A DNA stretch of 64,000 nucleotides from the NCBI GenBank assembly GCA_963811165.1, contig CAWEQH010000001.1, positions 627,563 to 691,562 of the forward strand. Direction: 5' to 3'. Below, in pieces: positions 1 to 10,285 of the stretch (its first letter is position 1; each line of letters begins with the position of its first letter). The stretch is from an uncultured Nitrospiraceae bacterium. Lineage in GTDB: Bacteria > Nitrospirota > Thermodesulfovibrionia > Thermodesulfovibrionales > UBA6898. A program made the position numbers and the translations under genes. The notes below the pieces were generated by a model. The model made no database searches and was not told the DNA's origin. It saw only the letters and a list, made by a program, of their open reading frames with translations.

Positions 1-34
1 GGGCGAATGAAAAGACGAGGAGCATGAAGAAGAA

Positions 35-2374
35 ATGAGCAGTGCCATATTCTGGATATTTTTGTTCCTTCTGATTTTTTCGCCTCTCGCCTTCGGCACG
101 GTCGAACTATGGTCATTGTCCGTGATGGAATCCCTATCTTTTTCGGCCCTGGTATTTTTCCTCGCCGGCAAAAAGGGGAAGGGGGCCGTATGCCTATACG
201 AGGTGCCGGGGCTTCTCCCCTTGTCCCTCTTTCTGGGGTATATCCTTCTGCAACTTGTCCCAATGCCTCCCGGCCTGCTGAAAATTGCCTCGCCCGGCAC
301 CTATGCTCTCTACAAAGAGACGCTTTGGAGCGCGGACCCGTCAGCATGGGGTTCCCTCTCTATATATAAAAAAGGCACTTTAACGGAATTCTTCAGGCTG
401 GGCTCATATGCCGCGTTTTATGTCCTGACTGTTCAGTTGCTTACAAGAAAGGAACTTCTGAAAAAGACTGTCGGGACCGTCGTATTATTTGCATCGGCCC
501 TTGCTTTTTTCGGGATGCTGCAGCATTTCCTCTGGAACGACAAAATATATTGGGTAAGAGAGTTGACCGCGGGCGGGCATCCTTTCGGCCCCTACGTAAA
601 CCGCAATCATTACGCTGGGCTCATCGATATGCTCCTCCCCTTGGTCGTGTCCCTTTTTATTTATTACAGACCCCGGCACCTACGCACTTCTCTTAGGGAG
701 CGGGCGGTAGAGGTGTTGGGCAATTCCCGGACGAATCTGCACGTTCTCCTGGGACTTTCAGGTGTGCTGCTTGCAACGTCTGTCTTCCTGAGTCTCTCAA
801 AAGGAGGCATCATAAGCCTCTGCCTTTCGCTGTTTTTCATGGCCGGCATGATAAGGAATAAAGACCGGGAAGGGAGGGGCTGGATCCTTGTATTTTTCAC
901 CCTTATGCTTGTCTTATATTCGGTAGGGTGGTTCGGGTGGGACAGAATTTTCGAAAGGTTTTCGGCCTTAAGAGATGCCCGGGGTGCCATAGCCGAGGCA
1001 AGGCTTGAAATATGGCGGGACAGCCTCGGCATTGTAAAAGACTTCCCGCTGACCGGGACGGGGCTGGGCAGCTACCTAAGGATCTATCAGAAATACCGCT
1101 CTATAACGACGGACAGCATTGTCGACCACGCCCATAACGATTATCTTGAAGGTTTTGCCGAGGGCGGTGCTGTTGCCGTCGCACTCTTTGGCTGGTTTGT
1201 CGCCGCGGCTCTCTATCAGGCGTACAAGGGGTTCCGGAGACGGCGCGACCGCTATTCAACCTTCCTTTTTATCGGCGCTGTCTCAGGAGTCGTGTCGGTG
1301 CTCATCCACAGTCTCACGGATTTCAATCTCCATATCGGAGCGAATGGACTCTACTTCTTTTTTCTTATCGGTCTGGCTGTTTCTGCCGCACACACGAGGA
1401 TGCATGACGGACTGAATGATACATTTCTCGGAAAGGCGCGGCCCTTCCTGCTCAAAGGCCTGCTCATCCCTTTGACGGCAGTTTTTATTGCGGGTGCAAT
1501 TTTTATTACGGGGATCCTCTCGGCCCGGTTCAGCCTGCTCGCCTTTGCGGGGAAGAACGATGGGCCGCAGGCGGCGAGGGAGGAACTCCTGGCACGGAGA
1601 AACGCTCAAAACAAGGCGTCTTTGTTCGACCCGGCAGAAGGGGGATATCCCTATGCTGCTGCGGGCATGGAATGGTCCCTTGGAAACAAGGGCGCTGCAG
1701 TAGAACAATACAGAAAGGCCGTATGCCTCGACCCGGTAAACGGAGCGTATCTCCAGGCCCTCGGTCTTCACCTGCCGAAGTCAGACAACGGCGCCGGGAC
1801 GGAACGTCTTTTGCAAAGCGGGATAACGTGCGACAGAATGAACCCCTCGATATACAAAAGGTATGCGCTATGGCTCATTTCGAAGGGCGAAAAAGGAAAG
1901 GCATCGAAACACTTCAGTGCTGCCGTGGCCCTGGAGCCGACGAAAACAAGAGAGTATATCGCCCTTCTTGTCCTCTATGGCTGGACGGACAGGGAGATAC
2001 GGGGGAGCCTGCCTGAATTGGTCAGGCCCCATCTGCTTTTTGCGGATTATCTGGACAAAACGCAGCATCAGGACATGGCTGACGAGGAGTATCGTTCCGC
2101 ACCGGATTATGTGAAATACGAAAGGGAGCCCGACGCCTCCTATTTTTATCCGTCGCGCGAGTACTTCGTGAGGAGGGGAATGTATGATGACGCCCTCGGT
2201 GTCATGAGGAAGGCAGCAGAGACGCTGCCCAATGATGCGGGTATAAGGATGTCCCTGGCAGAGATCTATGAAAAGGCAGGCATCGCCTACAGGGCGGCGG
2301 AAGAATACAGGAAGACACTCGTCCTCGATCCCGGAAACCCCTCGGCGAGGGAGAAACTCGGGAAGGTAAAATAA
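35..2374 (+). CDS. O-antigen ligase (Wzy_C) family membrane protein with C-terminal TPR repeats
   Basis: Multiple TM segments; GPYVNRNHYAG, R..IW...P.TGTGLG and HAHNDYLE motifs; TPR-like C-terminus. Confidence 0.9.
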   Translation: MSSAIFWIFLFLLIFSPLAFGTVELWSLSVMESLSFSALVFFLAGKKGKGAVCLYEVPGLLPLSLFLGYILLQLVPMPPGLLKIASPGTYALYKETLWSADPSAWGSLSIYKKGTLTEFFRLGSYAAFYVLTVQLLTRKELLKKTVGTVVLFASALAFFGMLQHFLWNDKIYWVRELTAGGHPFGPYVNRNHYAGLIDMLLPLVVSLFIYYRPRHLRTSLRERAVEVLGNSRTNLHVLLGLSGVLLATSVFLSLSKGGIISLCLSLFFMAGMIRNKDREGRGWILVFFTLMLVLYSVGWFGWDRIFERFSALRDARGAIAEARLEIWRDSLGIVKDFPLTGTGLGSYLRIYQKYRSITTDSIVDHAHNDYLEGFAEGGAVAVALFGWFVAAALYQAYKGFRRRRDRYSTFLFIGAVSGVVSVLIHSLTDFNLHIGANGLYFFFLIGLAVSAAHTRMHDGLNDTFLGKARPFLLKGLLIPLTAVFIAGAIFITGILSARFSLLAFAGKNDGPQAAREELLARRNAQNKASLFDPAEGGYPYAAAGMEWSLGNKGAAVEQYRKAVCLDPVNGAYLQALGLHLPKSDNGAGTERLLQSGITCDRMNPSIYKRYALWLISKGEKGKASKHFSAAVALEPTKTREYIALLVLYGWTDREIRGSLPELVRPHLLFADYLDKTQHQDMADEEYRSAPDYVKYEREPDASYFYPSREYFVRRGMYDDALGVMRKAAETLPNDAGIRMSLAEIYEKAGIAYRAAEEYRKTLVLDPGNPSAREKLGKVK

Positions 2375-2382
2375 GCACCGTT

Positions 2383-3063
2383 CTACTCTCCCGCAAAAAA
2401 GTTATGATGCAGGAGGATGAACCGGTTTCTGGAGACCGTTATCAATCCGTCTTTTTGCCATTGTCCCAGCACCCTGGTTACCGTCTCGCGCGTAAGCCCC
2501 GCCATATCGGCCATTTCCTGATGCGTCAGCTTCAGGTTGATGATCGTCCCCTCCGGGGTATTTTTGCCGTTTTCTCCTGAAAGGATGGTAAACAGCATCT
2601 TCATCCTCTGGGGCGCCTCCCTGAAATTCAATATGTGGATCCGTTTCCACGACTCGCGCAGGCGCGAGCAGAGTATGTGGAGAAGGTTCTCCAGCACCTT
2701 GCTCTGGCTGTACAGGAGGGCGTAGAAATTTTCTTTTGAAATAATGGCTATCAGGGATTCCTCCATCGCCATTACCGTTGCGCTGGACGTCTTTCCGTCT
2801 ATAAGCGAGAGTTCGCCGAAAAACCTTTCCGCCTGATGGATGGCGAGGATAATCTCCTTCCCCCCTGCCGTCGTCTGGACTACCTTTACCTTCCCCAACA
2901 ATATGATATACATGAATGCATTTGTTTCTTCCTCAAGGAGGATCGTCTCGTTTCTGGCAAACTCCTTAACGATGATCCGATTGCTGATCTGGATCAGTTC
3001 CTCGTCGGTGAGAGAGGAAAAGAGCTCGATATTTTTCAGGAAGTCGATCTTTACATTTTCCAT
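2383..3063 (-). CDS. Crp/Fnr family transcriptional regulator
   Basis: cNMP-binding fold (FFGELSL) plus HTH THQEMADMAGLTRETVTR. Confidence 0.93.
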   Translation of the reverse strand: MENVKIDFLKNIELFSSLTDEELIQISNRIIVKEFARNETILLEEETNAFMYIILLGKVKVVQTTAGGKEIILAIHQAERFFGELSLIDGKTSSATVMAMEESLIAIISKENFYALLYSQSKVLENLLHILCSRLRESWKRIHILNFREAPQRMKMLFTILSGENGKNTPEGTIINLKLTHQEMADMAGLTRETVTRVLGQWQKDGLITVSRNRFILLHHNFFAGE

Positions 3064-3133
3064 GCCTGGTACTAAAAGGTTACCGCAAAGATATCGGAAA
3101 TGTAAACGGTTGTCCCCTGAGGCGGCCTCCCGT

Positions 3134-3149
3134 TGTGATTCGGATTACA
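3134..3149. promoter_or_regulatory. CRP-type binding site TGTGA-N6-TTACA
   Basis: tgtgattcggattaca matches 9/10 positions of TGTGA-N6-TCACA, in the spacer between divergent crp and sigma genes. Confidence 0.6.
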
Positions 3150-3280
3150 GTAATTTGTCTCTTTTGTCGTGTAACCTGAAGACGGTATGAAGTCTGCGCA
3201 GCCTGAAAAAGGGGGCCGCTTGGAGGGTAAACGCGCAGAGGTTCCATAATATAAAAAATGAAAAGGACGGCAGGGAAGGG

Positions 3281-4672
3281 ATGAGAAGAAACAATATTTG
3301 TCAGGAAGAGACCGAGCAAAGGGATGAACGCGGCGCCATAGTCTGCGACGAAGTTGAGGAATTTTCGGATATGTTCGACGCCGGCGGGACAACAGAGGAT
3401 ATCGCGCTTTCCGAAGATGACGACGCCTACCTCTCCGGAGTGGAATGGGATATCGCGGAGAATCAAAATAACTTCGGACGGACCACAATAGGTGAAAGCG
3501 GCGAGAGCCTTGTCCAAAAGTATTTTCATTCGATGGGTGATCTCCGCGTGCTCACAAAAGAACAGGAGACCGCCCTCGCAAAGGAGATCGAGGAAGGCAG
3601 AAAATGCATCAGCAGGATAGTGAAATCCCTGCCATTGTATAGCCGCGTCGAAGCGGGTCTCAATGTCCCGCAAGAGGAAAAGGACGCAAAGGCAATGGAC
3701 CTCTGCCTGGAAATTCTCGAAGGTCTTATGAAAGGGGCGGGGAGGTCCGACAGACCGGTGAACCGCGACGGGGTATTTCCTGGACAACCGGGTTCGGTTT
3801 CAGACAAGGAAAATGCAGGAGCGTCAGTGCATTGCGCGGTCATGAAGGAGGTCCATAACGAATGCCAGCGTATCGGATCGAAGGTGAAGACCGACGTCGG
3901 GGAACTGAAGGGCCGGTGGGAAGTGATAGCGAGCGCCAGGGAGTCGATTGCCAGGGCCAAGGACGAATTGATTACGAGGAACCTGAGGCTTGTCATCAAT
4001 GTCGCCAAGCATTATTCCGGGAGGGGGCTTCCTCTTTTGGACCTTATCCAGGAAGGCAATATCGGTTTGATGAAGGCGGTAGACAGGTTCAAATACGAAA
4101 TGGGTTTCAAGTTCAGTACCTACGCCACCTGGTGGATAAGACAGGCGATATCCCGTGCCCTCATCGATCAGTCAAAGACCATCCGTGTGCCGGTGCATAT
4201 CATGGAGTTTTATAACAAGGTAAGCCGTGTGACGGCGGAACTGAAGCAGGAGCAGGGAAGGGAACCGGGGACGAAGGAGATCGCAAAAAAAATGGGGATC
4301 CCGATGAAAAAGGTAGAAGAAGTCAGAAAGGCCATGCAGACGCCGGTCGCCCTGCAGACCCCGATAGGCGACGAAAATTCCGATCTCGAAGACTTCATCA
4401 GCGACTGCAGCACGCCGTCTCCGGATCTGGATGTCGAGAAGAAGGAGATATCAAAACATGTGCTGAAGGTCTTAAAGACGCTTTCTCATCGTGAGGAGAG
4501 GGTGCTTAGAATGAGGTTCGGTATCGGGGCGGAAAGGGACCACACACTCGAAGAGGTGGGGAAACGCCTCTCCATAACCCGTGAGAGGGTGAGGCAGATC
4601 GAGGTGCAGGCGATGAAAAAACTGAAGCACCCGAGCAGGCTCCGCACGCTGAAGTCCCTGGCCGTGTTTTGA
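3281..4672 (+). CDS. RNA polymerase sigma-70 factor, RpoD/SigA-like (probably a paralog)
   Basis: Region 2 NLRLVINVAK..DLIQEGNIGLMKAVDRF..FSTYATWWIRQ; region 4 TLEEVG..TRERVRQIE. Confidence 0.93.
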   Translation: MRRNNICQEETEQRDERGAIVCDEVEEFSDMFDAGGTTEDIALSEDDDAYLSGVEWDIAENQNNFGRTTIGESGESLVQKYFHSMGDLRVLTKEQETALAKEIEEGRKCISRIVKSLPLYSRVEAGLNVPQEEKDAKAMDLCLEILEGLMKGAGRSDRPVNRDGVFPGQPGSVSDKENAGASVHCAVMKEVHNECQRIGSKVKTDVGELKGRWEVIASARESIARAKDELITRNLRLVINVAKHYSGRGLPLLDLIQEGNIGLMKAVDRFKYEMGFKFSTYATWWIRQAISRALIDQSKTIRVPVHIMEFYNKVSRVTAELKQEQGREPGTKEIAKKMGIPMKKVEEVRKAMQTPVALQTPIGDENSDLEDFISDCSTPSPDLDVEKKEISKHVLKVLKTLSHREERVLRMRFGIGAERDHTLEEVGKRLSITRERVRQIEVQAMKKLKHPSRLRTLKSLAVF

Positions 4673-4720
4673 GGGTCAATAGCCCCTTCCCTGATTGCGT
4701 CTCAAGCATCCTCCGGCTCA

Positions 4721-5272
4721 TTATCGCCGGAGGATGCCTTCCAGTATCTCATCAAGGTTACTGCATAGCCTGAACCCGTTACCGCTATAGGTGCGATTCC
4801 ATGGGAACAGTAACCCCGTTGCCAATGCACCGTTTTCAACAGCCTTCTTAAGGACATCCGGGGAATCGTCTACGACTACCGTAGTCAGCTCATTAAACAG
4901 GCTGGTCTTATCGAACGAAAGGTGAAGTTCGTCATGCACCAGCCCATGCGTGTTAAGCCATCTCTTGGTCTGCGGCATGAAATCAGGGGACCGATGGCTG
5001 GCTATCGTGATGTGAAACCCATCCTGCGCCAGGGCCTCAAGGAATTTCTTTGATTCGGGGTAAGGCAGGTATCCGGCGTCGTCTTGGTTAGAGTGGATGG
5101 CATTGATCGCCCTGTAGAAATCTTCCTCAGTGCAGTATCCTTCCCAGATATCCCAGTGGCTCCATCTATCGGGCGTCGGAAAGTCCTCGTTCACCTTCCG
5201 CAGTTCCAAGTAAAAGGCATCACAAAATTGCCATAAGGTATTGTCTATATCGATGATTGCCGTTTTTGTCAT
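4721..5272 (-). CDS. HAD-superfamily hydrolase, 5'(3')-deoxyribonucleotidase-like
   Basis: IIDIDNTL motif I and VVDDSP motif IV; start placed at MTKTAII. Confidence 0.75.
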   Translation of the reverse strand: MTKTAIIDIDNTLWQFCDAFYLELRKVNEDFPTPDRWSHWDIWEGYCTEEDFYRAINAIHSNQDDAGYLPYPESKKFLEALAQDGFHITIASHRSPDFMPQTKRWLNTHGLVHDELHLSFDKTSLFNELTTVVVDDSPDVLKKAVENGALATGLLFPWNRTYSGNGFRLCSNLDEILEGILRR

Positions 5273-5588
5273 TGTTTTTTCCACTGCAATATTATAACCA
5301 ACCGCAGCGAAGTTTAAGTAGACCGTCATCCGGTTTCTGAAATGTTTTCTCACAGTACCTATCAGCAGGCTGCCAGTACGCCCGTGCGAGGGGTACTTCC
5401 TGTATCTAACACCCCAGGGTTTTTACGAGAGGGCAAGATTTCCCTTGGAAAGTGATGTTCCGCATCGAAGCAAATTGTGCGGAGTCCGTGTAGAACTTCG
5501 CACAATTCTGAGGGATGTGTGCAACAGGGAAGAGCCTCCCGATTTCAGAAAAAGTCTTTCTGGATTACAATTATCTTTTTGTCTGAGG

Positions 5589-6368
5589 TTAACTCTTCAC
5601 CCTTTTCTGCTCGTACATCGCTTTGTCCTCCTGAGATAGCAGTTCATCAAGCGAGCAGGGATATTCTGGATCGTAGCATGCCAAACCAACACTTAGCGAT
5701 AAATCATAGCTGCGGCCTATTCTTGTGTTGCTAAACTCAATTTTTTTCTGTAAACGTGAAGTAACTCTCTCGATATTGCCTCCATCTGCTACAGTTGGAA
5801 TCACTACAAACTCATCTCCACCAATGCGAGCAATGATATCGGAATTGCGAAAAGTTTTTCTAAGGATACGGGCGACCTCGCCTAACACTCGATCACCTTC
5901 TTGATGCCCCATGGTATCGTTAATTACTTTTAGACCGTCAAGGTCGACATACACTATGAACATTCCTGTCTTCAACCGATAGGCCATCTTCAACTCATGT
6001 TCAGCTAAGGCAAAGAATCCTCGTCGGTTATAAAGGCCTGTAAGTTCATCGGTAATCGACAATACCTTCATCTCTTCCCCTCTCTGTTTGATAGCTCTAA
6101 AAAGAGGAGATATCAGTACTACTCCAGTCAACATTAGGAGGGATGTGATGAGCCCAATTAGTTCAAATGTCATGTTCGGGAGATTTGACTGATCACCGGG
6201 AATGAACGGGACTAATGAAATTATACGCCGGATTCCCATAAGAAAGATCGATAAAGAGATCAATATCCATGATATACGTCCTCCGGTAGTTTTTATCAAT
6301 CTCAGGGCAAAAAAGACCGTTAATAATTGAATAACAACCGATATTCCAACAACAAGTTCTATATACAT
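5589..6368 (-). CDS. Membrane-anchored diguanylate cyclase (GGDEF)
   Basis: Three TM helices, DELTGLYNRRGF, ARIGGDEF. Confidence 0.92.
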   Translation of the reverse strand: MYIELVVGISVVIQLLTVFFALRLIKTTGGRISWILISLSIFLMGIRRIISLVPFIPGDQSNLPNMTFELIGLITSLLMLTGVVLISPLFRAIKQRGEEMKVLSITDELTGLYNRRGFFALAEHELKMAYRLKTGMFIVYVDLDGLKVINDTMGHQEGDRVLGEVARILRKTFRNSDIIARIGGDEFVVIPTVADGGNIERVTSRLQKKIEFSNTRIGRSYDLSLSVGLACYDPEYPCSLDELLSQEDKAMYEQKRVKS

Positions 6369-6724
6369 ACTTTCCCAATTTCGAAAAAATAGCAGTATCA
6401 ATTATCAGTCGTAATCAACTCCATTATAGCAGGATAGGTGTGTTCTGCATAAAGAAATTAGCGTCTATTCTAAGTCTACGGACTCGAATTTCTGGATGAA
6501 CACCTCGTCCCGGAATGCTGCCATGGAATGAGGGTTTGTAAAGATAACTGATATATCGTCGAGACGACGCGAGTGTCGGTTTGTCGGTGGACTGTGGAGC
6601 TATTACCGACCGGGACGCGCGTTTACTTCTGAGAGAAGTCGACGATGCTGAGCGCCCCGGCTATTGTATTTACCTTCGTTATTGTATTAATCTTTTTAAG
6701 AGACGCAATGCCGGTTGGTTATGC

Positions 6725-7912
6725 ATGTATAAAGAATATTTCGGCCTGAAAGAGACCCCTTTTTCAATAGCACCCGATCCCCGCTATCTTTATATGAGCG
6801 AGGGGCATAGGGAGGCGCTGGCCCATCTTGAGTACGGCCTCCGCGGCGACGGAGGTTTCGTCCTTCTCACCGGGGAAGTGGGGACGGGGAAAACGACCGT
6901 CTGCAGACGCCTGCTCGAAAAGCTCCCCGACGATTTGGACGTAGCATTTATCCTAAATCCGAGGGTCACGGTCGAGGAGCTTCTGGGGACTGTCTGCGAC
7001 GAACTTGGTATTAAATATCCTGAAGGCAATATAAGCGTGAAGATATTTGTCGACAGGATCAACGAATTTCTTATCGGGACCTATGCCAAAGGGCGAAGAA
7101 CGGTCCTGATCATAGAGGAGGCCCAGAACCTCCGCTTTGACGTGCTGGAGCAGTTGAGACTGCTGACCAATCTCGAGACGAACGAGCGAAAACTCCTTCA
7201 GATCATCATGGTGGGGCAGCCTGAGCTCAGGGACATGCTGGCGAAGCCCGAACTCAGGCAACTGGCGCAGCGGATTACCGCGCGCTATCATCTCGGTCCG
7301 CTCTCCGCGAAAGAAGTGGCCTGTTACGTATCGCATCGCTTATCGGTTGCGGGCGGATCCGGCACGTTGTTCCCGGCGCTCTCAATGAGAACCCTCTTCC
7401 GTCTTACGGGCGGCATCCCCCGGCTCATCAATGTCCTTTGCGACAGGGCCTTGCTCGGGGCCTATGTCCAGGGGAAGGACGGTGTCGATACTGCGACGCT
7501 TACGAAAGCAGCCCAGGAGGTCTCCGGCAATGCAAAGCCCGGGTTGTCAATAGCCGGATATGAGAAGTTGCTTGCCGGGGTGATGATTATCGTCATCGCT
7601 GTTGTCTTGTCTGCGGCGTATTATTATCTCAGGAGCGCACGACCGGAAGGTGCCGCAGGATTTTTGAATCAGGAGCATGTGAGCGGGCGGCCCTCCGATA
7701 GTCCGCGTCTCGATACCGTGTGGTGGTTCGACCGACGGTCTTTCCCGTGGCGGGACAAAAATGAGCAGAGGGGTATCATGCCGTCGGACGATCAGTGGGC
7801 GGTGCCGGAGCTGCCGCACGGGCATTCCTCGGTCGACCAACAGGGCCGTGAACTTATTGATGACGGTGCTGACGGGACTCGGCAGACTGCTGCCCGGCAC
7901 GCGGGGGACTGA
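6725..7912 (+). CDS. exeA: ExeA/GspA-family AAA ATPase
   Basis: MYKEYFGLKETPFSIAPDP N-terminus, Walker A GEVGTGKTT, LRLLTNLET, GGIPRLIN, TM segment. Confidence 0.88.
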   Translation: MYKEYFGLKETPFSIAPDPRYLYMSEGHREALAHLEYGLRGDGGFVLLTGEVGTGKTTVCRRLLEKLPDDLDVAFILNPRVTVEELLGTVCDELGIKYPEGNISVKIFVDRINEFLIGTYAKGRRTVLIIEEAQNLRFDVLEQLRLLTNLETNERKLLQIIMVGQPELRDMLAKPELRQLAQRITARYHLGPLSAKEVACYVSHRLSVAGGSGTLFPALSMRTLFRLTGGIPRLINVLCDRALLGAYVQGKDGVDTATLTKAAQEVSGNAKPGLSIAGYEKLLAGVMIIVIAVVLSAAYYYLRSARPEGAAGFLNQEHVSGRPSDSPRLDTVWWFDRRSFPWRDKNEQRGIMPSDDQWAVPELPHGHSSVDQQGRELIDDGADGTRQTAARHAGD

Positions 7913-7914
7913 TA

Positions 7915-8529
7915 GTGTCTTATATCCTGGAGGCATTGAAGAAACTTGAAGAAAAACGCCGGAGTGAAACCGTGCCGTATTTTCTGTCTGAAGAGTATTC
8001 GGACCGGCATAAACGGAAGAAAAAATTTCCCTGGAGGTCCCTCATTGTCTTTGGACTCTTTCTGAATCTGGGAATCTTTCTCTGGTTGCTCCATCCATGG
8101 AGTTTGGGAGGGTCTCCTGAAACCGGGGTGGAGAAGGTAGTCCAGAGGGTGCCGGTCCAAAGACCGCGGGATAGGGGCAGGAAAAGTATGCAGCCGATAA
8201 CGAAGACTGAAGTTCCCTCCGCCGGATATGGGGATATGGTGTCGGTTGCCTCATCTCAGGCGTCCCGTCCCGCTTCTGACGACACGCGCAGGAACACAAA
8301 GATAGTCGGCATGAAAGAGCTGCCTTTGTCCGTCAGACAAAGACTCCCTGACCTGTCCATCTCGGGTCATTTTTACGACAGCAGACCGTCTGCTCGCGTG
8401 ATGACCGTCTGCGGCAAAATTCTCCATGAAGGCGATGCTCCTGCGCCCGGTGTAATACTGGAACGAATTACACCCGACGGGGCGGTTTTTTCCTACGATG
8501 GATACCGTTTTCATGAGGGTGTTTTTTAG
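7915..8529 (+). CDS. exeB: ExeB/GspB-family protein
   Basis: MSYILEALKK N-terminus, TM helix, C-terminal LP.L.ISGHFY..LHEGD..LERIT domain; follows exeA. Confidence 0.85.
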   Translation: MSYILEALKKLEEKRRSETVPYFLSEEYSDRHKRKKKFPWRSLIVFGLFLNLGIFLWLLHPWSLGGSPETGVEKVVQRVPVQRPRDRGRKSMQPITKTEVPSAGYGDMVSVASSQASRPASDDTRRNTKIVGMKELPLSVRQRLPDLSISGHFYDSRPSARVMTVCGKILHEGDAPAPGVILERITPDGAVFSYDGYRFHEGVF

Positions 8530-8743
8530 GCTGGGTGATTCAATAGTGCAGAACGTGTTCAAGATTCTTCATAGACGGCATGAATCAAGCGGACTGACGT
8601 GGAATCAGGAGATAGGCCGTGATAAAATGTGGGCAGATCAGGAGGTAATGATATACAATGTCCTTGACTCGGTTTGATATGGGTCAGCGAGCAGCGAAGT
8701 TTTCATGGGGCAGTTCGATCCATTCACAAGAAAGAGGGAAAAG

Positions 8744-10216
8744 ATGTTTATCGTCATGATAACGCCGGAATGCGCACCGGTTGCCAAGGTAGGGGGGCTT
8801 GCCGATGTCGTCTACGGGCTCACCCACGAACTCGAGATGCGCGGCAATGACGTAGAGATCATCCTTCCGAAATACGACTGTATGCGCTATGACCATATAT
8901 ACGGACTAACCCGGGTTTTTGATGATCTTTGGGTGCCTTTCTACGACCGCTCGGTCCATTGCTCGGTATTTTTCGGGTTCGTCTACGGCAGAAAATGTTT
9001 TTTCATCGAACCCCATTCCGAAAAGAACTTTTTCAACAGAGGCGTGTATTACGGGCATCACGACGACCCGGAGCGGTTTGCCTTTTTCAGCAGGGCCGCG
9101 CTCGAGTTCATGCTCAAGGCAAACAAACGTCCCGATGTCATCCACTGTCATGACTGGCAGACCGGCATTGTACCTGTTTTGCTGTTCGACATCTACAAAC
9201 ACCTTGGTATGACCCACCCCCGCGTCTGCTATACGCTCCATAACCTCAAGCATCAGGGGGTGACCGGGGAATTCATACTGCACGCCGCCGGACTCGGCAA
9301 GGCCGACTATTATCTCCATCCGGACAGGCTGCGGGACAATTTCAATGCTTCCGCAGTCAACCTCATGAAGGGCGGCATCGTCTACTCGAATTTCGTGACT
9401 ACCGTCTCTCCGAGTTACGCGTGGGAGATCCAAAACACCTCCCTGTCCTATGGCCTCGGCCAGACCCTTCACGTACACGCGCAGAAATTGGGCGGCGTCC
9501 TCAACGGTGTCGACTACGAGGTATGGAACCCCGAGATAGACAGGCACATCCCCCGCCGGTACTCAGCCGCTACCGTCGAGGACAAATATAAAAACAAGGA
9601 TGTCTTGCGCCACAGACTTCTTTTAACCCAGGCGTATAAGCCGATCGTGGCATATGTGGGCAGGCTGGACCACCAGAAGGGCGTTGACCTTATCAGGGAC
9701 TCGCTCTTCTATGCGCTGGCCAACGGCTGCCAATTTGTCCTTCTCGGTTCAAGCCCTGATCACGGGATCAATAACTACTTTCTGCACCTTAAGCGGCACC
9801 TTAACGACAACCCCGACTGCCATCTTGAGATCGGGTTCGACGAAGAGCTCTCACATCTTATTTATGCAGGATCGGACATGATAATTCTGCCGAGTCTGTT
9901 TGAACCCTGCGGATTGACGCAGATGATCGCGCTGAAATACGGGACTGTGCCTGTTGTCCGGGCCACGGGAGGGCTCAGGGACACTGTTTTTGACGCGGAC
10001 TACTCGCCGAGGCCTTACCATGAGAGAAACGGATATGTCTTCAATGACTTCAACTTCAAGGGGCTGGAGTCGGCGCTCCACCGGGCCATCGGCATGTGGT
10101 ATACCTACCCGCAGTATTTCAGGGAACTTATGGTCAACGGGATGAGATGCGACTTTTCCTGGAACCATCCGGGGCAGCACTACCTGAACATATACGAGTA
10201 TATCAGGGACAAGTAG
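8744..10216 (+). CDS. glgA: Glycogen synthase
   Basis: ECAPVAKVGGLADV, IHCHDWQT, PSLFEPCGLTQM, TGGLRDTV; alternative start at 8705. Confidence 0.95.
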   Translation: MFIVMITPECAPVAKVGGLADVVYGLTHELEMRGNDVEIILPKYDCMRYDHIYGLTRVFDDLWVPFYDRSVHCSVFFGFVYGRKCFFIEPHSEKNFFNRGVYYGHHDDPERFAFFSRAALEFMLKANKRPDVIHCHDWQTGIVPVLLFDIYKHLGMTHPRVCYTLHNLKHQGVTGEFILHAAGLGKADYYLHPDRLRDNFNASAVNLMKGGIVYSNFVTTVSPSYAWEIQNTSLSYGLGQTLHVHAQKLGGVLNGVDYEVWNPEIDRHIPRRYSAATVEDKYKNKDVLRHRLLLTQAYKPIVAYVGRLDHQKGVDLIRDSLFYALANGCQFVLLGSSPDHGINNYFLHLKRHLNDNPDCHLEIGFDEELSHLIYAGSDMIILPSLFEPCGLTQMIALKYGTVPVVRATGGLRDTVFDADYSPRPYHERNGYVFNDFNFKGLESALHRAIGMWYTYPQYFRELMVNGMRCDFSWNHPGQHYLNIYEYIRDK

Positions 10217-10285
10217 GGACTGCCGGGACGATGAGGTCTGTGAAAGCAGTCTGAGATTTCGGATTTGTAAGAAAAAGGAATTCCC

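Noticed and set aside
3080..3787. Long antisense ORFs (for example 3080-3787, 20027-20881, 21857-22684, 50098-50841, 53173-53886)
   Set aside because: Shadows of well-supported genes on the opposite strand, with no motifs of their own
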